57,406 bases of DNA. Origin: a virus. Its lineage: Duplodnaviria > Caudoviricetes. The position numbers and the translations under genes are program-made. Location of the stretch: IMG/VR virus record IMGVR_UViG_3300044720_000010, positions 1-57,406 of that record. The stretch is one strand, 5' to 3'. Shown piece after piece: positions 36,353 to 46,957 of the stretch (its first letter is position 1; each line of letters begins with the position of its first letter). Under the pieces are notes generated by a model. That model saw only the letters and a list, made by a program, of their open reading frames with translations, was not told where the DNA came from and did not search any database.

Positions 36353-38048
36353 TTGCTCGAATCTCCTGAAGCTCGCTCACCATCGACGTGAGAGTTTCAA
36401 ACATCTGCATAACCGTTTGGCCGCTTGTCGTGCCGTCGCGCTGCGCTGAACCCGGCTGCTGATCGAAGTTGACGCCGAGAACGTCAGCGAGCTTCTGTTC
36501 ACGGCTTATCTGACGGAACACCTTCCGCCAGTCGCCGCCCTGCTTGGCGATCTCAAACTCACGGGTAGACAAGCCACCCTTGATCCGCAGCAACGCCGCC
36601 TGAGTTTCCTTCAACTCATCGATCTGCCCTCGGCCGGCGCCAATCCAATCACAGGACGTGAGGCATTCCTTGCCCCACGGCAGATACCAAATGCGGCTGT
36701 CCCAGCCACGAGGCAGAGGCATGTTGCCGGCGTTCATGTCTTCTTCAAGCCACAACGCCGCAACCTCATCGGCAAACCGATCGGCAACAAACTTCTTCCG
36801 TGCCATCATGTGTTTCCACGTCGTAAGCATGGAAGCACGAGCCGAGCTGTAGTTGGTGCGGGAAAAGTCTTTCGCAAACTCCTCGTAGGAGATCCCCAGC
36901 CCAGCAGCGATGTGCCGCAACAAGGACACTTCAAAGTCGGTGCCCACGCCTCCCGGTGTACCGAGAGTTTTTGCGTTCAGCTTTGTACCGGGGAACAGGT
37001 GAGGCATCTTCGCCCCGTCAACCGCTATCCCGTTTGCGTCTTTTAGGAACGTCGCCAACGCGGTGCTGTAGGCGCCGATCATGTTCAGGAAGCCGCTTGT
37101 CGGATCGGTAGCCTGCCCCTGGCCCATCGCCGCAGTGATAACGTCAGATGGTAGCTCCGACTCAATCGTGGCTGCGTAGCTGGCGTTGATGACCGCGTTT
37201 TGGAGAACCACTTCCTGAAACTTCTTCGTCATCCTCATTTCTTTGAGGACCGCGACAAGTTCAGAAATACCGCGAGTTTGATCCGGCTGAATGGCATCCG
37301 TGATGTGGATGACCATCTTGCGGCCCCACGGCTTCGATGCGGGAACGTAAGTCCAGCTAAACGGATCGCTTGGCGGGAAGTAAAATTCGGTCGGATGCGA
37401 GTTCCGAATGTAGTAGCCGAGCGGCCGGGCTCGCTGATCGCGAAGGACGCCCCGCCTCAAGCGGTTGTCTTCCATCTTACCGTCAGGGTTTGACAACCGT
37501 GACGGTGAAACCATCTGAACGGCTGTGCTGAACGGCCGGCTGTTCTCTCGTATCCACTCGCCGGTTGCCAACACTTCCCCGGTGTAGACAAACCCAGCCA
37601 CGGCTAGGCGCACCAACGCGGTGAAGGTCATCCGGCGAGAGGCGTCAAACCAGCAATCGTTAGAGTCAGCGATCAGGTTGAACTTTTCTTCGTAGGCAAC
37701 CTGATACTCCTCGGCCCAGGTCTCATCGAACGCCCTGCCGTAAAGCTGTTGCAGGACGGTCCAGTTCGGTTGAGCATTGAGGCGGTACTGCGAGCCGACG
37801 ATATTATCGCGGTTGCTGTCAACGATGCCCTGCGCGTAGCCGTCATTGGTGACGACATCGCGGCCACGGGCGTCAGCCTCATCTTTGACCGTGTTGATGA
37901 TCTGATCGGGCGAACGCCGGCTCGGATTCCATAGCAACGTCTCACGGCTGGTCCGCTCGGCGCCTTCCAGGCCACCGCCAAACGCGATAACCTCGGGCCG
38001 GGTGTCCCGTAGCTCCTGACGCTGTTTGCGGAGAGACCGGCGCTTCAT
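36345..38048 (-). CDS. Portal protein (lambda gpB family)
   Basis: QTRGIS, RHIAAGLGISYE, NYSSARA, GRGQIDELKE. Confidence 0.93.
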   Translation of the reverse strand: MKRRSLRKQRQELRDTRPEVIAFGGGLEGAERTSRETLLWNPSRRSPDQIINTVKDEADARGRDVVTNDGYAQGIVDSNRDNIVGSQYRLNAQPNWTVLQQLYGRAFDETWAEEYQVAYEEKFNLIADSNDCWFDASRRMTFTALVRLAVAGFVYTGEVLATGEWIRENSRPFSTAVQMVSPSRLSNPDGKMEDNRLRRGVLRDQRARPLGYYIRNSHPTEFYFPPSDPFSWTYVPASKPWGRKMVIHITDAIQPDQTRGISELVAVLKEMRMTKKFQEVVLQNAVINASYAATIESELPSDVITAAMGQGQATDPTSGFLNMIGAYSTALATFLKDANGIAVDGAKMPHLFPGTKLNAKTLGTPGGVGTDFEVSLLRHIAAGLGISYEEFAKDFSRTNYSSARASMLTTWKHMMARKKFVADRFADEVAALWLEEDMNAGNMPLPRGWDSRIWYLPWGKECLTSCDWIGAGRGQIDELKETQAALLRIKGGLSTREFEIAKQGGDWRKVFRQISREQKLADVLGVNFDQQPGSAQRDGTTSGQTVMQMFETLTSMVSELQEIRANG

Positions 38049-38230
38049 CGACCCATAATCCCAACAGCCCAATCTAGCCGGGCGCCCATAGCCTCACGGT
38101 CTTTCACAGGCTTAGTAATAACTGTCGAAATCCACTGGTGACACGCGGCTTCGTCGCCGGCAAACCGATAGATGCCGTCCACGTAGACAGCGTGCCTTCC
38201 GTCGAACGTCTTTTGGATCTCGACGGTCAA
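38045..38230 (-). CDS. Small hypothetical protein
   Basis: Fills gpW-portal gap; start uncertain. Confidence 0.4.
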   Translation of the reverse strand: MTVEIQKTFDGRHAVYVDGIYRFAGDEAACHQWISTVITKPVKDREAMGARLDWAVGIMGR

Positions 38231-38463
38231 AAGAAAAACTGCAAGGGGCGAGTGGCTACAGGCGACGTGCCAGCCACGCAACCGGCGTACTGCGCTTCAA
38301 GCAACGCGATATAGGCGTACAGCTTACCCGAGTTCGCCGCTGTGTACTCGACGCGCGACCCATCAGAGTCTTGGACAACCCGGATCGCACCACCGTTTAT
38401 CAGCCGGTCGTATGCAGCTCGGGCGCTGTCAAGTCGTGTTTTGATTTCGGCACAGTCAGCCAT
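38227..38463 (-). CDS. Head-tail joining protein gpW
   Basis: ARAAYDRLING..VQDSDGSRVEYT..L.AYIA.LE. Confidence 0.88.
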   Translation of the reverse strand: MADCAEIKTRLDSARAAYDRLINGGAIRVVQDSDGSRVEYTAANSGKLYAYIALLEAQYAGCVAGTSPVATRPLQFFF

Positions 38464-38666
38464 CAGGTAATCCTAACGTCTCGCAGCGATCGCCTGCCGT
38501 TGTTTTGTGGCGCCGGGTTCGCGAAGATCGCCGGCACGTAATCGCTAGGCGCATAGAACTCGACACGTTTGATCGAACCGTCAGGATGATACTCAAACGC
38601 CTTGACGAGCGCACACTTGCCAGCATGGGTTTGGTGGCAATAAGGACAGGCTGTAACCTCGCTCAT
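38463..38666 (-). CDS. Small Zn-ribbon-like protein
   Basis: CPYCHQTH...C; coupled start and stop. Confidence 0.6.
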   Translation of the reverse strand: MSEVTACPYCHQTHAGKCALVKAFEYHPDGSIKRVEFYAPSDYVPAIFANPAPQNNGRRSLRDVRIT

Positions 38667-40786
38667 GCCAACGCCTTCCCGATAGATCCAAAATCGTACT
38701 TAGCACTTGTACCTACATCTTGCAAGACCCCTGCTGTCTCTGGCTTGACAACAAGCGGGTTCTTTCCCCAAACATCGGCCCAAGATGGCGGGTTCATCCA
38801 GTTTATTTTCTCGACTTGAAGGAGTTGAGAAGCACAAACTCCTAGTGTATAATATAGGAGATCGGTGGCCTCGTTTCGAGTTCCTTGGGTGCTAATCCAG
38901 CCCTTATCTGTCCTCCGTTCAGCACATAACTCCTTAAAAAACCAGTTAGGTAGCCAGTCTGGAAACCGGATTAAGCCCTTCCCTGGCGACGTGCTATCCA
39001 GCCGGTTTGCGAGCGCATCCTTCAGCACATTACTGTTCAAAAACAGCACCGGCACGTCGCCCCTGGCTGCCGCTAGACGGTCTTTCTTCTTAGAATCCGG
39101 GTAGTCAACGAACGCCCGAGGAGCTGAGATACGAGGTTCACCTTTTACAAGATGGAAACGATTCGCCAGCCCTCTTGCCCGAAGCCGGCGATAAAACGAA
39201 TACGCCGCAGTCGTAACGCCAGCCATACCGCCGCTATCACACACGGTCATTTTGACCGTCATCACCCTGCCCGAGTCATCGTCAACCATGTAGGTTTTCA
39301 ACATCACTTCATCGATCAAAACTTCCCAATCTTCTTCATTCGTGCCCGGCTTAACCCAAAGACGATCGCCATCCTCATCGTAACGGTTCGACTTCAAAAT
39401 GGTAAACCGATCGACAATCGTAATGTCGAACGGCACCCCTGGCCCGATCCCGTGAACCTGAACAACGAAAGCGTTCTTCTGCACATCAACCGCAGCCACG
39501 AGGAAGCGAACGCCTTCCGGTATCCAAGGAAGCGGCTCCGCTCGTGCCTGAAGAACTTCGGGCAACCGTTCCAGTTCCTCGGCCTTCGATCGGTATGGCT
39601 CGCCGAGATTGTTGTTGTAGAACTTGCGAAGGGCTTCCTCGCTACCCGTAGACTCGTACTCACGGGAGGCATTGGTGAACTCGACGACAAGCTCTTGCCA
39701 ACTCTGGAACCCTGCCGCCACGCCGTTGAGCCAGAAGGAGGCGATACGGCTGCGTGGGCCACTACCAACGACATTTCCTTTGTCGTCGATCGCCTGCCCG
39801 TCCTTCAACCAAATCCCATACTCCTGCATGGCCGACCTTTCTTCAGGGCCAATCGGATCACCACAACACGGGCAAATCATTCGCACGGTGTCAGCCGCGT
39901 CTAACGCATTTTCCTTATCGTCCCACTTTAGATGCCGAAAGTTGCCCTCGAAATACTCCCCGCACTTCAGGTGTGGCCAATACCAACGCCGCCGATCGCC
40001 ACGATTGTAGAGGGCCAAGATGCCGGTAGTTGGCGGTGCTTCGTGCGGAGTAGACGCGATCCATCTTGGATCTCTGACGGGCCGCGACGGTGAACTCTCA
40101 GCCACGGTCATCGCCATAGAGCCGAACGTCGTTGTACGCATAAAAGCGAGATCGAACGGGCTGCCTTCATCGCCAACGCTATCGTCCATCCGGTCGTAAT
40201 CGGTAAGCGCAATGCGACCGGCCGGCTTGCCGGCGAACTGCGTCACTGACGGCCATCCCAATGATAGGATCATTCCGGACGTGTACTGCTTCATCCCCTT
40301 GTTGTCGCCAGCCTTGTTTTTCAGCAATCGTGAACGCATTTCAGGGCTGTTGAAATTCAGGCGGTCGAGGCGGCGCACGCTGAAGTCGCGAGCAAGTTCT
40401 TGCGAAGGATTATAGAGAATCATGTCCATCGGATCTTGTATGACACTGTAGGCGATGAAATTTAATATCATCGCCTCCGTCTTCCCGCTCTGCGATGGAC
40501 CGCAAAAGATCAGGGCTGAAAGCTCGCGACTCGCCAGAAGGTTTTGCGGCTCGACCATATACAAGGTCAGCTCGGAATCGTAAGGGCCGCTGCGACTGCC
40601 CATTCGTTTAATTTTTACGAACTTCTCCGCTACCTCTGTGACTGTGCGCCGGTCAGGTCTACGAAAGACATTCGCAACTTCACAGAAGATATCCTCAACG
40701 GACTTATATCGACCCGTCTTCTCCATCAAGTCCGGATCGTACAGGATCGGATCGTCGTAAGTCGGTAACGAGCTTGACACGGGCAT
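38663..40786 (-). CDS. terL: Terminase large subunit (lambda gpA family)
   Basis: GPSQSGKT, TDYD, AVDVQ, DSGG, RNEATDL; start uncertain. Confidence 0.93.
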   Translation of the reverse strand: MPVSSSLPTYDDPILYDPDLMEKTGRYKSVEDIFCEVANVFRRPDRRTVTEVAEKFVKIKRMGSRSGPYDSELTLYMVEPQNLLASRELSALIFCGPSQSGKTEAMILNFIAYSVIQDPMDMILYNPSQELARDFSVRRLDRLNFNSPEMRSRLLKNKAGDNKGMKQYTSGMILSLGWPSVTQFAGKPAGRIALTDYDRMDDSVGDEGSPFDLAFMRTTTFGSMAMTVAESSPSRPVRDPRWIASTPHEAPPTTGILALYNRGDRRRWYWPHLKCGEYFEGNFRHLKWDDKENALDAADTVRMICPCCGDPIGPEERSAMQEYGIWLKDGQAIDDKGNVVGSGPRSRIASFWLNGVAAGFQSWQELVVEFTNASREYESTGSEEALRKFYNNNLGEPYRSKAEELERLPEVLQARAEPLPWIPEGVRFLVAAVDVQKNAFVVQVHGIGPGVPFDITIVDRFTILKSNRYDEDGDRLWVKPGTNEEDWEVLIDEVMLKTYMVDDDSGRVMTVKMTVCDSGGMAGVTTAAYSFYRRLRARGLANRFHLVKGEPRISAPRAFVDYPDSKKKDRLAAARGDVPVLFLNSNVLKDALANRLDSTSPGKGLIRFPDWLPNWFFKELCAERRTDKGWISTQGTRNEATDLLYYTLGVCASQLLQVEKINWMNPPSWADVWGKNPLVVKPETAGVLQDVGTSAKYDFGSIGKALA

Positions 40787-41291
40787 CCTCAAGAGCTTCA
40801 TCGACGATCCGCTGAACAGCACGAAATTGCCGTTCGTTCAAATCGGCTTCGTCCTTTAGTACGTCGGGGATCAAAATGATGGACATGCGAAGTGATTGCA
40901 AGGCTTCCGACGAAACTCGAATGATGTCTACCGTGTTCCACAACTCGTTTGCCTGCTCGCGATATCGCTCCCGTTGCTGCTTACCATCCCAATAAGCTTT
41001 AGACACCATCGGCGGCAGATGAGCATGGTTGATGCTCCTCATATATCTGTCGATCATATCCTGCGTGATCTCGATCTTAACAAGCCGAGCGGCGGCTTCC
41101 GCTAGATCGTAAAGCGGATTGTTCTGCCGACCCACACCGACCGGCCGTAGATCGCCGAGCCGCTTTGCAACATCAGGCGTCTTCAATCGGAAGATCAATG
41201 CAAGCTGGGATGTCGAGCACCCCTGATACAGCATCGCTTGTGATTCTGGATCAAGGTTTACCCGTTGGCCCATTTCTAGTGATTTGGTCAT
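40704..41291 (-). CDS. terS: Terminase small subunit (DUF1441-like)
   Basis: HTH-like N-terminus, LPPMVSKAYWD; upstream of terL. Confidence 0.8.
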   Translation of the reverse strand: MTKSLEMGQRVNLDPESQAMLYQGCSTSQLALIFRLKTPDVAKRLGDLRPVGVGRQNNPLYDLAEAAARLVKIEITQDMIDRYMRSINHAHLPPMVSKAYWDGKQQRERYREQANELWNTVDIIRVSSEALQSLRMSIILIPDVLKDEADLNERQFRAVQRIVDEALEDARVKLVTDLRRSDPVRSGLDGEDGSI

Positions 41292-43087
41292 TCGTCGCAA
41301 GTCCTCAATCCGGTCGTGCCGTCAATCCGGCAGGCCGCACCTTCTTCAACCAACGGGCCGTCATCCGTATCACGACGGACCCCCATCAGCTTTCCATTTC
41401 GATTGAAAGTCGTTGCGCCCTTCGCTCCTGCGTCATAGGCCCGCGTGTAAAGCTTCTGAAAGTCTGCGTAGGACACGCCTGGACCCTTGCCGGCCACTTG
41501 ACCGTTGACATTGCACGTCTTGCTAACAGAGCTGTCCACGAACCGCTGAGCGGCACACAGTACGTCAATATGCTGCTCTGCTGTCACTTCGTTAGCCGTC
41601 CGACAAGTCACGTCGAAAAACTGCTTAGCGTAATCCACAACATCGAACGATGTTTTACCGCTCGGCATTTCAATGTCCATTGTCGTATTGATCGCGTAAG
41701 GCGGCTCGATACCCGAACTGATGTTATCGGCGGCCATCGAAATCGTTCCTGTCGGTGCGATCGACAGAAGAAGGCCGTTCCGCAATCCATGCTTCCGGAT
41801 ACCGTCTCGGATCTCATCGTCGAGCACATTCTTAACAAACCAACCGTCAAGATATTTATCCGCATCAAACATCGGAAAAGAACCGCGTTCCTTTGCCAGA
41901 TCAACACTGGTACGGTACGCCTGTAAGGCGATGCGTTCCAAGATCGCATTTTGCCAATTGATGTACTCTGAGGAACCGTATCCGGCTCCCATGATCTCAA
42001 TAGCATTCGCCATGCCAGTGACGCCGACCCCCATCCGACGTTTATCCAACGCTTCCTTCTTCTGCTGTTCCAACGGGTAGTTCGTGCGATCCGGCACCAT
42101 ATCGAAACAACGCACCGCGCAGTCAACCACGTCGTCAAGCAGCTCGAAATCGATACTGTAACGACTAGACTTTGGCTCTACAACATAGAGCCCGTCTTCT
42201 CGGTTGCCAGTCATCCGGGATGGCGTCAACATTTTAACGATATTTATGCTACCGAGAAGACACGCGCCCCAAGGCGGCAACGGCTGTTCGGCGCACGGAT
42301 TGGTGGCTGAAATTGTTTCGCAATAAAAGAGCGGATTGCGCTGATTGATCCGATCCATGAACAGGACACCCGGTTCAGCCCAATCCCAATTTCCTTCCAT
42401 GATTGTCGCCCAAACGTCTACCGCTCTGACCGTAGCGTGACGCACGCCGTCAAACTGCAAGTCGTAAAGGCCGTCTGAGTATAGCGCCTCCATGAACACG
42501 TCAGTTATGGCAACCGACATATTGAAATTTGTCAGCCGTCCCGTTCCCCTTTTGGCCGTGATGAATTTCATAATGTCCGGATGGTCCACCCGCATTACGA
42601 TCATCATCGCGCCTCGACGATGCCCGGCCGTTAAAATTGTTTTACAGTTGACATCCCAAATATCAGCAAACGACAGTGGACCACTCGCGAAAGACCCGTG
42701 GCCGAGCCCCCGTATCAACTCTCCTGTCGGCCTCAACGTCGAGAAATCGAAACCGACGCCACCACCAGTCCGCAAGGTCATCCCTGCCCACTTAAGAGCA
42801 TCCATGATGCCTTCGTAGGAGTCAGGTATGGCGCCGTTGACGAAGCAGTTGTAGGCCGTGGTCAGATACGGACGGCCCATAGAATGCTGTTGCCGACCGG
42901 CCGGTAGCAACTCCTGCCCACGGGTGTATCGCAGCGCCCGGCGAAATTCCTTATCGTTGGTCGTGGTCGCGCGGGACCAGCGCACCGCGTAATCGTCAAA
43001 CCGTTCTTCCGGCGCCCGGTATTTAGTTGCGTGAATGATCTTGCCGAAATCGGTACGCGGGCCGTAGTTGTCGTCAAACATTTGCAA
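41288..43087 (-). CDS. nrdJ: Ribonucleotide reductase, probably class II (B12-dependent)
   Basis: YNCF, TNPCAEQPL, IAPTGTIS, C-terminal Cys pair; no beta subunit gene. Confidence 0.82.
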   Translation of the reverse strand: MQMFDDNYGPRTDFGKIIHATKYRAPEERFDDYAVRWSRATTTNDKEFRRALRYTRGQELLPAGRQQHSMGRPYLTTAYNCFVNGAIPDSYEGIMDALKWAGMTLRTGGGVGFDFSTLRPTGELIRGLGHGSFASGPLSFADIWDVNCKTILTAGHRRGAMMIVMRVDHPDIMKFITAKRGTGRLTNFNMSVAITDVFMEALYSDGLYDLQFDGVRHATVRAVDVWATIMEGNWDWAEPGVLFMDRINQRNPLFYCETISATNPCAEQPLPPWGACLLGSINIVKMLTPSRMTGNREDGLYVVEPKSSRYSIDFELLDDVVDCAVRCFDMVPDRTNYPLEQQKKEALDKRRMGVGVTGMANAIEIMGAGYGSSEYINWQNAILERIALQAYRTSVDLAKERGSFPMFDADKYLDGWFVKNVLDDEIRDGIRKHGLRNGLLLSIAPTGTISMAADNISSGIEPPYAINTTMDIEMPSGKTSFDVVDYAKQFFDVTCRTANEVTAEQHIDVLCAAQRFVDSSVSKTCNVNGQVAGKGPGVSYADFQKLYTRAYDAGAKGATTFNRNGKLMGVRRDTDDGPLVEEGAACRIDGTTGLRTCDE

Positions 43088-44528
43088 TCTCCAGTTTCGC
43101 CGCCCGATGCAAATCCAATATCCTTCGAAACATGGATTCCTCGGCGCTTTGTAGTTGCCGCAGCCGTTCGGCTACATACTCGTCAATTGTACCTCTTGCC
43201 GACAACAAGTACACCATGACTTGCTTTGTCTGTCCGGTTCGATCCAAACGGCCAACAAGTTGCAAGTAAAGTTCAAGCGAATAGAACAAGTCGTAAATGC
43301 ACAAATGACATCCGCCCCTCTGGAGGTTGAGACCATGGCCAGAACTCTGCGGATGTACTAAAAGTATGGGTATCTTGCCTTCGTTCCAGGCTTCTTCTTC
43401 TTTTCCCTCCCGACCCATAACCACCGCTGTCGGGAAGGCTTGTTTCAACCTAACAAGTGAATGTTTGAACCAGTACGATACTATTAACGGCTGACCTAGT
43501 AACTGTTCGACCAACTCCTTCAACTCGTCGATCTTTTCATCGTGAAACGTATGGGCCTTACCGTCACCCCCATATACGGCACCACTGGCGAGCTGTAGCA
43601 ACTTAGAACTAAGTGCTGCCGCGTGGACCGCCTCTATGATCTCGTCATCCGAGACTTCCAACAAATAAGTCCGCTGCAACTCATTGTACTGTTGCATCGT
43701 TTCATCCGATAGTTGAATGGAACGAGTCCGGACTTCAAACTCTCGCTTACCCCGGATGACGAAGCAGATGTCCGCAATCTTCTTCTCGATCTCCTCGGCG
43801 ACCCCTTCCCGAATCGTCCATCTGTGCGTGTATCGGTTCTGCGTGAAGTACCTCTCTCTGAACGCGGTCACGCCTCGCCCGAAGCGCTCCCCACCGTCCA
43901 AAAGGAACACTTGAGAAAAGAGGCTCATGTAGTGTTGGGATGCAGGTGTCGCCGTGAGTTGGTGGAACCGCTGGATCTTAGACCGCACACGCTTTAGTGC
44001 TTTGAACACCACCGAGTTGTGGTCACGAAGCCTCGAACTTTCGTCGAAAAACACCACCTTGTACGGCCAGGACTTACGATCCCAACAAGCTTCTACAAGC
44101 CAGTGAACGGCCTCTTGGTTAATCACATGGATCTGAGCCGGGCTGTCAAGTAGAGCCCTCCGTAGTCGATCCTTTTCGGCCGTCCGATCCTTCCGCTTGA
44201 CCAGCTTCAACCGTGGATCGTCATCATCGATCCGGATGACAGTCATTTTCTGGTACGCTAGGTGACGCCACAATTTTGATTCATACGGCCAGACGCGAGT
44301 TGCGACACGGATAGGAGCGATCACCAAGAATTTGCCCGTGTAACCTTGCATCCACATACGATCCATGATCGTCAGGCTAATTGCGGTCTTTCCTTTTCCC
44401 ACATCAAGGAACAGAGCGGAGAACGGCTTACTCCATGCGAACTCAATCGCCTCACGTTGCTCCGGAAACAAGTCGGCTTCCGACCGCACGCAATCCTTGA
44501 ATGTCTCCTCCAAATAGCCGTCCAGCAT
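43074..44528 (-). CDS. SNF2-family helicase
   Basis: DVGKGKT, FDESS, LTATP, GHGLNLQ, GRLDRTGQ. Confidence 0.92.
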   Translation of the reverse strand: MLDGYLEETFKDCVRSEADLFPEQREAIEFAWSKPFSALFLDVGKGKTAISLTIMDRMWMQGYTGKFLVIAPIRVATRVWPYESKLWRHLAYQKMTVIRIDDDDPRLKLVKRKDRTAEKDRLRRALLDSPAQIHVINQEAVHWLVEACWDRKSWPYKVVFFDESSRLRDHNSVVFKALKRVRSKIQRFHQLTATPASQHYMSLFSQVFLLDGGERFGRGVTAFRERYFTQNRYTHRWTIREGVAEEIEKKIADICFVIRGKREFEVRTRSIQLSDETMQQYNELQRTYLLEVSDDEIIEAVHAAALSSKLLQLASGAVYGGDGKAHTFHDEKIDELKELVEQLLGQPLIVSYWFKHSLVRLKQAFPTAVVMGREGKEEEAWNEGKIPILLVHPQSSGHGLNLQRGGCHLCIYDLFYSLELYLQLVGRLDRTGQTKQVMVYLLSARGTIDEYVAERLRQLQSAEESMFRRILDLHRAAKLEIANV

Positions 44529-45049
44529 CAGCCCAACCCGGTAGCACGACTTTGCGCCCACTCGTTGACCATACAAATCGGCCATACCCAATCGGGACAC
44601 TTGCCTCGCGCAAAGACGACTACTCCGATGCAATTGTCAGGGTTGCCAAGGTGAGCCCGAGCTTCCCTGAACGAATTGCCGGTTGTCAGTACGTCATCAA
44701 CAATGAGAACCGGGTAGCCGGGCTCACGATACTTGTCGAGTGCCCGCGCCAAGACAACGCCGCCTCTCGGTATTCCGTACACCGAGCTGAACGCGAACTT
44801 CCATGTGATGATTTTCGCGATGGTCTCCCAATCTTCACCGTTTAAAGCGTCAAGATTGACCTTCCAAGGTAGCTGGAACTTGCTGTGCGTAGCGAACCAA
44901 CCAAAGCTGAACAGGTTGTGCGTTACGCTGCGCGGCTTCTCCCACTGTAGCCGCTCGGGCCACGGCGCCGTCACAGCCGGATCGTTGATCGATTCACCCG
45001 TATGGCTGTGCGGGTAATCAAGCTGACACGTTGAGTTTTTACAAATCAT
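44528..45049 (-). CDS. Type I phosphoribosyltransferase (orotate PRTase-like)
   Basis: GIPRGG and VLIVDDVLTTGNS PRPP-binding loop. Confidence 0.82.
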   Translation of the reverse strand: MICKNSTCQLDYPHSHTGESINDPAVTAPWPERLQWEKPRSVTHNLFSFGWFATHSKFQLPWKVNLDALNGEDWETIAKIITWKFAFSSVYGIPRGGVVLARALDKYREPGYPVLIVDDVLTTGNSFREARAHLGNPDNCIGVVVFARGKCPDWVWPICMVNEWAQSRATGLG

Positions 45050-45353
45050 CACCAATCCCCAAAATTTTGTTGGCCGCATCGACGCTCTCGACGACATGCA
45101 CTTCAACACCGACTGCCAGCAGCTCGGCATGACGTAGACGCTGCTGCGGCGAGAGCACGCCGCCCGGCCGTTTCCATTCAAGGAACACCAGCCGCCCTTT
45201 CATACATTGCCGGCAAACGTCCTGGCGGTAGCCACGGGCGTACAGCCTGTCGGGCATACCGTTTGGCGAGGCGTGCATGATCTTTATTACAAGCCAACCG
45301 TGAGCGCGAGCGATCTTCCGGTGGCGTTGTTCGATCTGTGACTCAGAAGGCAT
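45039..45353 (-). CDS. VRR-NUC nuclease
   Basis: ESQIE, GMPDR, FLEWKRPGG..SPQQ. Confidence 0.88.
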   Translation of the reverse strand: MPSESQIEQRHRKIARAHGWLVIKIMHASPNGMPDRLYARGYRQDVCRQCMKGRLVFLEWKRPGGVLSPQQRLRHAELLAVGVEVHVVESVDAANKILGIGDDL

Positions 45354-45954
45354 TGATCGCTGCCGTCAGCCGGTTTAACGTTGTCTCCAGATCAGACGGA
45401 TACGACGCTCCCCATCCGCTCCAGTTCGGCCATCTTCTCGTGGCGAACAACTCGACGTAGGGACCAGCTACCAGTTGCTCTATACGGCGGTACGCCTCAT
45501 CCGGCTTGCGGCTGTGCTGACGTATCGGTTCCTCTATTATCTGACGGACACCCTTGCTCAGCCGGCGAGGCGATCCACGGGTTAGCAAAAGGCACGACTC
45601 CGACTGCTTACGGGACCAGTAACCCATACTAATCCGATAGCCGGTGCCGTCCTTCGTGGATTTCAACCACTCGAATACGCGAGTTTTGTATTTGAACCCC
45701 CAGGCTTTCGCCATGTCGATCGCCACGTCTAGGTGGCTATCTACGACCCATAGAAACAACACACAATCAGGCGCCGCAAGCGATGCGACCGGAAGCCGTA
45801 GAAGATCCTCCATCTTCATCGTCTCATACCAGTCAGTCGCCGCTCGGTGCGGTGTCGTGTTGTCGCCGCTAAACGTTTTGAAAGCCCACGGGGGATCGCA
45901 TAGAATTGCCCCGTAGCTCCCCAACGCGAGCCCCTGGAACGGATTGTCGGTCAT
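45343..45954 (-). CDS. MT-A70 family adenine methyltransferase
   Basis: DPPW, WGFKYKT, HSRKP, ELFA. Confidence 0.9.
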   Translation of the reverse strand: MTDNPFQGLALGSYGAILCDPPWAFKTFSGDNTTPHRAATDWYETMKMEDLLRLPVASLAAPDCVLFLWVVDSHLDVAIDMAKAWGFKYKTRVFEWLKSTKDGTGYRISMGYWSRKQSESCLLLTRGSPRRLSKGVRQIIEEPIRQHSRKPDEAYRRIEQLVAGPYVELFATRRWPNWSGWGASYPSDLETTLNRLTAAINAF

Positions 45955-46427
45955 GCCGGTGTCCACGCCTCGATCGCTGTCGTGAGCGCTCTGACGGCTT
46001 CCTGCGCGGCTTCTAGCGATGCCTCGAAGCTCCGATCGTGCTCAAACGTTGATGCTGCAAACGCTCGGGGTTCGCCGCCAACGTAAAGCGCCCCCTCGTT
46101 GCCCCAAGGAGCGACTTCCCTGACACGTCCTGATGGAACCTCATTCGGGTTGCCGGCCCACTCAGGCTTCGGCTTCACAACATCGCCGACGACAAACTTT
46201 TCCATGTCAGACAGGATCGCCAGCGCCCGTTCTTCCGGAACGATGCTCACCTTCCAGCCGCTTTCGTCCTTCGGCCTCACACTCATCTGCCAGCCGTTCC
46301 GGACTGCAAAAAGCGTGAAGCCCGTAATGCCGTCAGTGCCGACAGCCTTCTCGATAGCGGCCATCATTTTCTCCGTTACATCGATCCGTGCGGGCGGCCT
46401 TCCTAGTATGACGGTGTACTTATTCAC
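45951..46427 (-). CDS. Hypothetical protein
   Basis: Coupled in replication operon. Confidence 0.6.
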   Translation of the reverse strand: MNKYTVILGRPPARIDVTEKMMAAIEKAVGTDGITGFTLFAVRNGWQMSVRPKDESGWKVSIVPEERALAILSDMEKFVVGDVVKPKPEWAGNPNEVPSGRVREVAPWGNEGALYVGGEPRAFAASTFEHDRSFEASLEAAQEAVRALTTAIEAWTPA

Positions 46428-46950
46428 CGCAGCCTCGACCTATCTCACCATAGGCGCCCGGCTTCACGTACTCCTCGTGCGGTCGCCATCGATAGCCGCC
46501 TACGTCATCTGTGCAGGCAAACCCCCAATTCCGCCAATGCGGAAAACCTACAAACAGTGACCAGCAATCCAGCACCCTGCCGTTCGGATCGCGAAGCATG
46601 ACGATCCGATGTTGGGTAGTCGGGAATCGAAGTACAACCGAATGGTTTTTCCTGTGCCGGGTGTGGGTAAACGGTAACGCCCAACCGGGTGTCGGGCGGT
46701 GGTTAAACAACACTTCGTCATACGCCCCGACTAGAAGGACGGAGACATTCGCCATTCGATGATCGTGGAGCGCTCGCGAGTCGTCGTCTGAGACGAAATG
46801 GTGGAGGTAAACGTTGAACCAGCGGTTCTTAGGGATGACATGCCAACGGTAGTAAACCGGATCACTTTCAGGCCCTACCGTCAGGTCGTACTTCCGACTG
46901 TCGGCAACCCGGTGTATCGCTCGGTGAATAAGGCGATCAAGAAGGGTCAT
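46420..46950 (-). CDS. Cupin-like hypothetical protein
   Basis: YLHHF..DD.RALHDH...GAYDE...HRI; GAGG RBS. Confidence 0.65.
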   Translation of the reverse strand: MTLLDRLIHRAIHRVADSRKYDLTVGPESDPVYYRWHVIPKNRWFNVYLHHFVSDDDSRALHDHRMANVSVLLVGAYDEVLFNHRPTPGWALPFTHTRHRKNHSVVLRFPTTQHRIVMLRDPNGRVLDCWSLFVGFPHWRNWGFACTDDVGGYRWRPHEEYVKPGAYGEIGRGCGE

Positions 46951-46957
46951 CGTTACC

